A stretch of DNA of 62,479 nucleotides, filler included, from Choristocarpus tenellus KU-1152 (taxonomy: Eukaryota; Protista; Phaeophyceae), in assembly GCA_964200185.2 (NCBI GenBank). It is 12 parts of 12 records of this genome, joined end to end, with 100 filler letters (N's around TTAATTAATTAA, not from the genome) between each part and the next. Parts side by side here need not be neighbours in the genome. Positions count along the whole stretch, not along the records: positions 51,329 to 54,522 come from CAXNAD020021636.1; positions 54,623 to 59,529 come from CAXNAD020012579.1; positions 59,630 to 62,479 come from CAXNAD020024208.1; 9 more parts are not named here. One strand, given 5' to 3'. Under the pieces are notes generated by a model. That model was not told the DNA's origin, did no database searches, and worked only from the letters and a program-made list of their open reading frames with translations. Below, one piece after another: positions 52,825-62,479 of this stretch; within the stretch, counting starts at the first letter, position 1, and each line of letters starts with the position of its first letter. The translations under genes were made by a program, and so were the position numbers.

Positions 52825-53077
52825 TGTCAAATAACCTAGTGTTATCCTTATGTTATCTTTGCTGATCAAGTACATAACATAGGTTATATGTACGTTTATG
52901 ATTAGTTAGGTACGATACAAAGTACGAACGTCCATAAAAATACAATAAGTCAACATTCATTCACACGTCAGTGATGATGGATGGCTGGCGGGCAATTAAT
53001 AAATCAGTGTATGTTTTACCATGTAATTCAACTACTAGCTTTAGGTGACGAGCCTTACATGCGCCAAGCTTTCAACA
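52825..53077 (+). mobile_element. Copia 3' LTR (253 bp), preceded by a PPT at 52812-52824
   Basis: AGCAAGGGGAGGA then TGTCAA...TTCAACA; its 3' half is also present at 42047-42185. Confidence 0.88.
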
Positions 53078-53339
53078 CACCCAACCTGACCCTGGACTGT
53101 CCTATACATCATGAGCATATTTTCTAAGCGTCCCCTCGACTAAAGAACGTGGCACCATTATCGATGTTTGTATCAACCTAGAACTCAAAAAGTAAAGGTA
53201 CACAAAGTCACACAGCCCACATTGAATTACCACACTGTTCAACCCTTACATAATCCGACTTACACCATCCCTTTCTGTACATATACTAACACCATACCCC
53301 TCAGGCTTGGACAGATAGCGAGGGAAGATTACACAGTAA

Positions 53340-53930
53340 CACGTTTGCCAAACTTCTCCTGAACGACACGTTCAGAAGTCAGGAAATAGTTCACCTTCCA
53401 GCTTACAGGATCGACCGCTCGGGACGACATGACCCACGTGTCCTGAACTCAGTGGCATAAAGTTCATGCACAGGTTTTTCACTGGTCGACACACCAACGG
53501 AGACTCCTGTATATTGTCATATACGGAGATGTCGTGCTACTGCACGATGTGTTCCATCGGTAACGTGGTCAACTGTAAGTGGCCACTAACTCACCTACCC
53601 CCGCTGAAGGAGATATACCTCGGATTCTCCACAGAGGCTAGAATGAACGATATGTATCTGAGGTGTCAAATATCAAGGAAAGAGACAGTTTGAGGCGGGC
53701 AACCTCTGCGTTCTGCGAACGCATCCATCAGAGCACAATGGTCTGGAGTTCTTCCCGTTCACTGTGCACCGTAAGGACACGGTTTAATGGAATGCCAGGT
53801 ACCATTCCAGCTACGGAAAGATGTTCAGTGCTGGCGATGAGATGCTATTTGTCATTGAAGACTTCGAGGTGTTGAGTGCTAGCTTCACTGATGGAGTGCC
53901 GACTATTTGATATCATGGGCAAACAAGGTA
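53340..53930 (+). pseudogene. Decayed DNA transposase C-terminal region, possibly Sola2-like
   Basis: QEIVHLPAYRIDR...ELSGIKFMHRFF...EMSCYCTMCSIGNVVNC: a G-x4-H then SC(Y/F)C-x2-C pattern that I recall from such transposases. The catalytic core is not visible. Confidence 0.35.
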
Positions 53931-54100
53931 AGCCACGCTTTTTCTAGATTTCGAAACGGTCTCTTTTCTGCGATACAATCCCGTCTGTTCGTATATAGAG
54001 TTCACATCCAATAATGTTTGGTGGTGTATAACTAACGTTAGATAGTATTGTTTTTATTATTATACCCTCTGACATTTTGCAGATGTGTCAGGGGGGAGAA

Positions 54101-54360
54101 GAGTAAAAGTATCTTAGAGGGTACGAATTTTGCCCTGTTTGTCCATTTGGGGCTTGGCTTATAATGGGTTTTCTTTATGACATTCTCCTACTCCAAAATG
54201 TTTAGGAGTAGGTAAAATGTATACGTTATGAAAAGGTGTGTCTACAACGTGAATATCGACATCTCCTAACAAACACGATTGCCAAAATTACATCAAAATC
54301 GTAACATTGGATTTTGGCCCCCAAATGGACGCGGCCCTACCCTCTAAGATAATTTTACTC
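54101..54360 (+). mobile_element. MITE family A, full copy
   Basis: GAGTAAAAGTATCTTAGAGGGTA...TACCCTCTAAGATAATTTTACTC; flanks AGAA/AAAA. Confidence 0.92.
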
Positions 54361-54622
54361 AAAACAATGAAACCTATACACATGTCAGTATAAGCCCTAA
54401 AGAAATAAAATGTCATAAATGTGAAAAACACTTATCTATTTGTTACTTCACCACTATGTTGTATTACTACCTTCCTGCGCCTCCAATGTACCTATTCCTG
54501 CACCCTGGGGGGAGGAACTAGGNNNNNNNNNNNNNNNNNNNNNNNNNNNNNNNNNNNNNNNNNNNNTTAATTAATTAANNNNNNNNNNNNNNNNNNNNNN
54601 NNNNNNNNNNNNNNNNNNNNNN

Positions 54623-54699
54623 AAATCACCCAAAAATCGCGACATGAAAAAATTGATCCCAAATGGACAGCCGCTACCCCCTCCCAGATACTTTGACCC
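54623..54699 (+). mobile_element. MITE family C, right end at a contig start
   Basis: AAAAATCGCGACATGAAAAAATTGATCCCAAATGGACAG...CCCAGATACTTTGACCC. Confidence 0.88.
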
Positions 54700-57127
54700 A
54701 ATCATAGGTCGAGTTCTTTCATTTCCTGTCTTTCGTGGAAATCAGGTTTGTTGTTATACTCTTGTTGCCGTATGCCATATACCGTTACACCGATGGAGAT
54801 TGTTTTTGGAGAACTTCGGTTTAACTGTGTGGAGGATATTCGGAGGGGTAGATTTGCACTTCTTCCCGTAACGTCTCTTTATGAGTTTGTTTTTTCCGAA
54901 GACGGATTTCCTATCTCTGAAGGGTTACTTTTCTGAAACCCATCCGAATCGGGATCCTCCCCACTTTCTCAGTTCCCCACTTTTACCTGCAAGTTCTTGC
55001 AGTCTTGCACTTGCCCAACCATAACCTCGTCTCCTACATTACGGCTCGTCTGTCTGGTCCGTCTTGCCTGGTGATTGTATTCACCACCATTGTCTGAGTG
55101 AACTATGCCGCCACAGAATCACACGATTCATACTCACCAATGTCTTTTCTTCCTCTTTATTTTGGAACTTCGGTTTGTGATTTTCATACAAGCATGTATG
55201 TGTAGCTTTTCCTCCTTTCTACATTTCTCTCTTCTTGTCCTAAAATACCTTTCTGTAACCACAGCTACATGTTGGAGATTGAACCATGAAAAGTATCTTA
55301 ACAATCAATGTTAATAAATCATTGCACAGTCTAAAAAAACTTGACTCTCTTTGTTGAGGAGGCTTTCGGTACAGTAAGTAGGGGCGGATACAAACAGAGA
55401 AGTGGTCAATACTGAACTTCTTGTGAGGTTGAACAATAATACTGTAATGACAATGATGACGATGCCTACCACCTATTATATGTTGGGGAGGTATATTCTG
55501 CCTGATGCAACCTTCCTAATTTCTATTTGTCTCACCTTTCTTTGCCTGGATTAATTAGCCATCCCGCCTCTGTAATAACAATAATGTTCACTGCATTGCG
55601 TTGCCAGACCTGATTCATACTCAGATCTTTGGTGCATACTTCGATGTTCGTCATCCCTACAAATACATACTATCAACTGGAAGATAGGTTCTCTCTTGTT
55701 GGATTTTGGAAAGACGCGCGCACCGCGCTATTTCAATTATTTTATTTTATTATGGAACCAGAATCTCAGATAAGGTGGGAGGAGGAAACAAATCGACGAT
55801 GTAGGTATGATAAATCCTGATCAGACGTGTATGCGTTGTTTTCTTTCGGGAGATAATTTTATCTATGGAGCAGCCAGCCATGACATCGCAATGATCCATT
55901 CATAAGCGGTCTGATGGAATTGGCTATGGTGCCTTCATCCCCACAAATGCCGCACACTATAATCTTAGAACGCCAAGAAAACTCGGACCACTATTGGATT
56001 GAAACATGATTCGCCCATATCGCCAATAGAGTGACACAGCCAGGATCGTCAAACATCACCCTGCCATTTCTGTCGGTAGGACGGAGGACAATATCAAGTG
56101 ACAATATCAAGTGGGGAGCCCTTGGAGATCCTCGTTCTATCGTCTCGACACAAAGCTTGACTTCAGGAGAGGTGAACATTGAATAGTACTTCCTTCTACT
56201 CACCATGCAATTGACAGTCGAATGTTCTTTCAAATACCATAGCGAACGACCGCGCACTATCCCACATGCTTCATTCAAAGTACCAAAGAAGGACGAGGGC
56301 CTGGAAGCCAACATCATAGGGCATTCGTATGGGTTACATCTTTGCGTAGTACTAACTGCCAGCACTCGCCTGCACATGGCGACTGCTTGAATACCTGGAT
56401 ACTGAATACTTGCAATTACAGCGAAGCGTTAGTGGCGTTTTGCTACTAGATTGTAGTGCGATTCTGCCACCCCTTGAAATCCTCTTGGTAGGTTGGAGAG
56501 TTCTAATGGGCTGAGGCAAAGCATGGCCGGGGAGACGAGGCCAGCCCCCTATAATCTTCTGCGTTAACAAGTTTCTCATCCAACCCTAACCCTACAAGTT
56601 CGAATGATCCTGGATCAGAGGGGCCTGTACCCGCTAAGGAAGCGCCTTCTGCGAGATCATTGACAAGTTCCTTAGCCACACCAGCCGACAGATCCCCCTC
56701 ACCTCTTCACTCATCGCATTCTCTCAGCGGTACTATATCCACAAGCAGGAGGAGTTCTCAAACCTGGGCTTCACAGGACTCGGGTAGGTGGAGTAGGTCT
56801 TCTTCAACAGATAAATCAGTCAGCTCCTCTGTGAAGGACTCCATCCAGGGACACCCACAAAAATGCCATGTCACCAACCCTACTTCGAGAAGCAGTCAGA
56901 TACTGCTGATACTGCCACAATTTCGAAGGCTTGACAACTCATTTGAGAAGCACCGTCAATACGACCCACGGGCCTCAACAAGCACAGGGCCTATCACAGG
57001 CAGTTATGGTCCAATTGACAGTGCATCAATGATTAGTAACAGTCAACTCACAGCAGAGCCCTACACCCTGGTCTCACATACTCCGTGGTCGAAAGCACTG
57101 ACTAGCAACTGTGAGCAGAGTCCACAT

Positions 57128-57310
57128 GACCCAGAGTATCTTCGGGGGGGGGGGGGAGGTCTACACCAGAGTGTCCATTTGGGGCAAAATCAGGAAAAGT
57201 GTATTTTCATTATCCATCTGAAGTATGCAACCAAATCGCCAAAAAATCGCGACATGAAAAAAATTGACCCCAAATGGACAGCTGCCACCCCCTCCCAGAT
57301 ACTTTGAGCC
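57128..57310 (+). mobile_element. MITE family C (183 bp), full copy
   Basis: GACCCAGAGTATCT...AGATACTTTGAGCC, TSD ACAT/ACAT. Confidence 0.92.
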
Positions 57311-57944
57311 ACATCTCAAATGATAAAGACAAGTACATGCTATCTCCTGCACGATGGTGGTTTGGCCACAAAATACGAAGAAACGATGTAACCGTGTGTA
57401 AAAATAAAAATAAAATACTCCAGATGTACAACACGGTCTATACGTGGATGACTTGGAAACACTGTTTACAAGGAATGTTTCCGGTGGATCTATGCATTCA
57501 CACAAAAATAAAAATAAATTAGTTCAGCTTCGAGCAAGCATAGGTATCACTCCATTTCAAGAGTTCCCTCACACCCCGTGCTGTTTGCCGTGTAGCATTG
57601 TGTACAAAGACTCAAGACAGGCGACAATTTTGTATCATTTAATACAATTGCAAAACAAGTAAAAGGGACAGTGTTTTCTACCAGCACCTCCTGTCATGAA
57701 AAAGTCCATCCACAACACAGTAGTGGGGTCATTATCCCAGAGAGTGCACAAAACGCAGAATTTGCACCAGTCAAAATATAAAAACCTCTCTGACACAATC
57801 ATGTACAAAGGAGACCGCTGAGAGTGGTCCAACATATGAATAACAGTCCTATATTGCGATAACCGTGCTGCTCCCTTAAAGGACCGGCACATAATATGGG
57901 AAAACTTGCACATAGAAAGCGGCAATGCAAACTAAACAAGAATA

Positions 57945-58155
57945 AGAATGCAACCAAGCAATAACTCGATGGAATGCTTGGCATACAAGGGGTGTGAGAA
58001 CATATGTGGTGCAGTGGGTCTTCTCTGCAGCAATTAAAACACAATGCAGAATGCAACCAAGCAACAACTCGAGGGGATGCTTGGCATATAAGGGGTGTAA
58101 GAACATATGAGGTGCAGTGGGTCTTCTCTGCAGCAATTAAAACACAATGCAGAAT
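57945..58155. repeat. Tandem duplication, 2 x 103 bp
   Basis: AGAATGCAACCAAGCAA...GCAATTAAAACACAATGC starts at 57945 and again at 58048. Confidence 0.9.
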
Positions 58156-59507
58156 TGCACCACAGCAGAGAGTACGTTTGGACAAGTCTCCTCCTCGACA
58201 AAGTACTCAAATTCCTCACACACATGCAAAGGAACAGTTCTCAACAGGCTCAAAGGATGAATGCATACACTTTTGAAGACACGCCATAACATGCACACTT
58301 CAGCAGTTCTCACATAAATACGATCATTTGAGCTCTTCAAGACAAGAAAAAGCCCCATCTACCTTCTAAATGAGGGTCATATGTATGAGGCACGCACAAG
58401 GATCGATAGTCTCCATGCATACATCTGCACCAGAACCTCTGCACAGTGCAGCCCTGCATGAACTGACAAGAAGGGAAAAAATGCACTATATCAAGCCAGT
58501 TTAGACAAATTTACATACCCCTCCAAAACTGATGTAACCCAGCGATCAACACTATACCATTTAACTTTGGGTATGCCACTTAACTTTTGGGTACAAGGTT
58601 CAGGACTTCGTTATCACAGAGAAAATTTTGCAACTCAGTGCTGAAAACAGAGCTTTCAGTTCCAAGCGCAAGTGATTTGTGTGAAGCACGAGTCTTTATC
58701 TGTTGCTCCCCATGCTATATATTGACCCTTTCCCGCACTATGGTGAATATGATGAAAGCTGTAGATTGCTGAAGTTGAAGAAATCTCTCTACATCAAACA
58801 AGTAAACTATCTAGTGCTTTCGACCAATCTTTGGGTTGGGAGGGTGCAAGAACTTCAGAATGGAGTAGTTTCCTTCAGGGCGCAATGGGGGGTTATGAGC
58901 ATCTGCTTGGTATTTCCTTGTGATCGCAATGTCAACCACCACTTGGAAACTTAGCTCACAGGTGTAATTGCAACATTGCCAGCCACTGCCAAGCAATGTT
59001 TGTTGTGGAAACCAACAACCTACACTAAAAATTGGTCATACCATTGCTCTGTGTTTATCCATTCTTTCAGATGTATCCACAAAATCTGACACAGTTGGGC
59101 CATGAGACTGATTGCTCCATGCAAAGACTTCCACCTCTTCTTCTCCCATCATATTCTGGTAACTGAGTCAATCGGAAATATAGAGCAGGGAAAGAAAAAT
59201 GCAAGGAAAATGCAAGGATTGGAAGCGCAGTTGGCCTAGACCCGTCTGCAGTCTCAATGGGTGGAGGTATAAATCATGAAATGCTGTTGTGCCCCCCCCC
59301 CCACTCTTAAATATGTCTCTACCTCCGTCACATGTTCTCTCAATTATTTCACAATCCCCAATTCCCTATTCCGATGCTTTAGCAGTAAACAGTTGGAATA
59401 TATATATATATACAGCATATGCACACAGGTGTATGTAGGTTTAGCTGTCCTTCACTACTGTTTGTTTGAATCTAGTACTCTGTAAGAAGCTCTGCAAGAT
59501 AGGAGGA

Positions 59508-59529
59508 GGCTTAAAGTATCTGGGGGGGG
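59508..59529. mobile_element. MITE terminus (family C or related) at a contig end
   Basis: GGCTTAAAGTATCTGGGGGGGG. Confidence 0.7.
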
Positions 59530-60727
59530 NNNNNNNNNNNNNNNNNNNNNNNNNNNNNNNNNNNNNNNNNNNNTTAATTAATTAANNNNNNNNNNNNNNN
59601 NNNNNNNNNNNNNNNNNNNNNNNNNNNNNTGTTTTCGAAAAACAACCATCCTCATAGTCCCGCGCCATCCTCAATTTTGCGAATCCCCTGTTAAATGAGG
59701 TTGCTACTATATAAATACGATATTCTTGGTTGTGTGGAGTACCATTGCACACAGCGTGGAGATGTTTCTCATTAGGCTGAAGCATCTGCTCTGCTACATA
59801 AACAATGACAAAACAAGGGAATAAAAAGACGGAGTCCCTGAGTGTCCTGATATACTCTCGAACCTTCCCCGTTCATGGAACGAAAGAGGACAGAGACAAT
59901 GAGTCACAGGGGCTATCATTCGCAGTCAATACACAAATATAAAAGGCATGAAAGACACGACACTTTCGAATGGTAGCAACTAGACAATGGTTTTCTTGTA
60001 AGGATTGAATATAGTCTTTTCATCGTTCAACATAACGCTTATGCTATTGACCTTACTGTTGAACTTTCATTTTTTCAAGATTGTTTTCACGTAAAAACCT
60101 CAGAAATATTTTTTGATTCAGTCCTTGTTTGAACGGAACTCGAATCGAGAATCGTACACCATATTCTACTACACGACGAATATTTGTTCTCATTGTCACA
60201 GCATATTCTCCTGAAAGCACCGGTAACTATGCAAAACCACGACAACAGAGTGATCTTTATCAGCATCATAGGTCTACCGAGCACACACACCCGCAACACA
60301 CAACAATAGATAATGCTTCAGATAACAGGGTTCTTCCAACTAACAATGACATGTAATATGCAAATAACCTTTTCTTTGCAGGTACAAAATGGACGATTCC
60401 AATTATATGACATGTCACACCAGGTTTCAATAAATGACTCCGACAAAAAAGATCCTGTATTATCAGGCACTGTAATTCTCTCCCTCCAACAAGATCCAGA
60501 AAGAACAAAATAAACAAGAATTGAAAAAAGTCAACCTAAACCATTGGATACCAAAGACGAAAAGGAAATAGAACTACAACCATAGCATAGATGATGTATC
60601 GATACATATATGGTGTGGTCTACACTCTACTTCCTTAGTCAGTGTGTGTTGAGAAGATATCATGTGTTGTGACTATCCTTACGTATGTCCCATCATAGGG
60701 CTAATATTTACCAATAGTCATCGATCA

Positions 60728-61710
60728 TTGCTGAACATGAACCTGCTTCAACTTTGTGCTCATGATACCTATGAAACAATAGTCCTCTTCCCCACCACGG
60801 ATTGCCCCCAACCCCTCCCCAACACAAGATTTCCCTCTCGCTATGTTGGGGACAGTAGCCTCCTCTAGAATTCCCAAAGTCAACTTCAACAAATCCTGGA
60901 TTTATCTGGTATCTAAGATGATCTGGAGGGAGCTCGACCTCACTCAAACTCATAACTAATGCTGAACGTGAAGCTGCTTGAACTCTATGCCCAAGATACC
61001 CATTACCCGATAGTCCTCTTCACCACCACGGATTGCCCCCAATCCCTCTATATAGGATTTCCGTCCTCGTCGATGTTGGCGACAGTAGTCTTCCCTAAGA
61101 TGCCCTGGGGTTGATGCCCAAAGGCAACGTTAACAAACCCTAGATTCAGTTGGTACGATAGATGATCTGGTAGGTCAAACAATCCGGAGGGATCTGGCAT
61201 TGTCATCTTGTGGAGCTTGCCATGGATTAGGCGCATCATCTATGTAGGGGTAACAATCTGGAAAGATGTGTGCTCAGATTGGTAGTGAAACAAGATATCT
61301 TCATTCACAGCATTTGTAACATATGACTGGCACTCAGAAGGATTTGTCTTGGCAAGGTCGCTGAAGATCCAGTCATCCATGTCCATCGCAACCTGCCCTT
61401 GGCAACCTGACTCTTGATTTTGGTTGGAGAGCTCTGCCTCATGTACCTTCTTCTGCCAATACTTATCAAACCAAAACGGTCGACATTCGCCAGGAATATT
61501 TAAGGCAGCAACTTGCACACCCTTCCCTAGGTGGTACTGGCCAGGAGTAGTCACTTCGACCTCATTCAGGCGACCAATGAGGTCACCATCAGCGAGACAT
61601 GACTCCCCAGTAAGAGAGTATGAGGACTCCATGTCAAACATGTTTTTGACGAAGATTTCGATTGTGTTGACCTCACCCTCAAGGTCAGCGACAATGATGC
61701 CCAATCCTAT
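60728..61710 (-). pseudogene. Decayed gene with a root-cap/VWD-like C-terminal region and a tandem duplicate of its last ~70 codons
   Basis: One frame across 61704-60956 with two in-frame stops: ...YQLNLGFVNV...PQGILGKT...DGNPI*RGLGAIRGGEEDYRVMGILGIEF. The duplicate lies at about 60728-60945 (CACCACGGATTGCCCC occurs in both). The domain call is from recalled motif resemblance only. Confidence 0.45.
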
Positions 61711-61753
61711 TATGTATTTGATGATTTTGGGAGCTCAGGTACTGGAGCAATCA

Positions 61754-61813
61754 CCTGTTAAAGTATCCCCAAAATCATCAAAGAGGATAAAGGTGATAAT
61801 CCAGCAATTGTTT
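61754..61813 (+). repeat. End of a dispersed repeat shared with 21470-21533
   Basis: CCTGTTAAAGTATCCCCAAAATCATCAAAGAGGATAAAGGTGATAA. Confidence 0.75.
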
Positions 61814-62479
61814 GATGTCTGTAGAGTTATTGATTAAAGTTATGTGGGGCATGCAACACCCCATAAATCAGAAATATTTCCTTTTGTATGAGAAAAATTA
61901 CTCATAGAACTAATCACTAGTATAATGTTCTGATAACTCAACCACTAATTGATTGTTCCGTTACTCCATACATATTTTACCGTAATGTCCGATAGAGTTG
62001 GTAGAGTCTAATCGAACACCCTCCCTAGCTCAAACAACTCTGGAGAACTTACAAGAAAACAATTATGGATCCTAGGAGACTCCTCAGGTCAATCCTGTAT
62101 GATAAGAAAACAACCAGAAAACATAATCTAAATTTAGCAAATCCCCTGCATGCCTCCAAAACGATATTTCTGCTAAAGGCTTGGTCAAGACATCTGCACG
62201 TTGTTCCTCTGAAGTAACATGAACAATCCTTATTTGTCCATTTGCTACGAAGTCCCTCAGGAAATGATGCCGTGCGTCAAATGCTTTGTCCTGCCCGAAC
62301 TCAAAGGGTTATTTGCGAAATGGATGGCTCCTGTGTTGTCCTCATACACTACATAACACGACCCAGTCCTATCAGGTTGCAAGAACTCCAATACACCTTG
62401 CAAAAACAACAACTCCTTCACACAATCCCCCATCACTATGTATTCTGCCTCTGCAGTCGACTGTGCTATGACACGTTGG

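Noticed and set aside
3281-54871. Recurring small ORFs such as MDKQGK..., MDAALPSK..., MKKIDPKWT...
   Set aside because: They arise from MITE sequence and do not keep a frame between copies.
2089-57310. MITEs as introner elements or programmed-elimination sequences
   Set aside because: None interrupts an intact exon, their ends lack consistent splice dinucleotides, and nothing here shows somatic excision.
1-62479. tRNA, rRNA, CRISPR or prokaryotic defence systems
   Set aside because: None was recognised by eye; the identifiable host genes are spliced eukaryotic genes. tRNAscan and Infernal were not run.

Overview
This is not one locus. It is 12 short eukaryotic contigs joined by 100-nt artificial linkers (N44-TTAATTAATTAA-N44), so adjacency across linkers means nothing. 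Intron-rich genes, a probable bipartite plastid-targeting N-terminus and the transposon types suggest an ochrophyte stramenopile, possibly a brown alga (inference). Spliced host genes reconstructed by eye: homoserine kinase (3' part), V-ATPase subunit d (3 internal exons), a RAD18-like RING gene (5' part), methylcrotonyl-CoA carboxylase beta (5' part, probable GC-AG intron), a complete APC13, a G-patch protein (2 exons) and several hypothetical exons. Much of the rest is decayed transposons: an RTE-like LINE, a CRE-like non-LTR fragment, Copia pol with its LTR, a two-LTR non-autonomous retroelement and a PIF/Harbinger nuclease. Two window-wide patterns stand out. (1) About 18 copies or ends of at least three MITE families with unrelated interiors share one bipartite end design (G-N4-AAAGTATCT plus an inner GTCCATTTGG box) and 4-bp target duplications (Sola2-like); a candidate decayed partner transposase lies at about 53.3-53.9 kb. 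(2) Roughly 25-30 very short TTAGGG/CCCTAA patches occur on both strands, one of which is a 4-nt insertion relative to a MITE consensus, hinting at telomere-repeat-templated mutagenesis.
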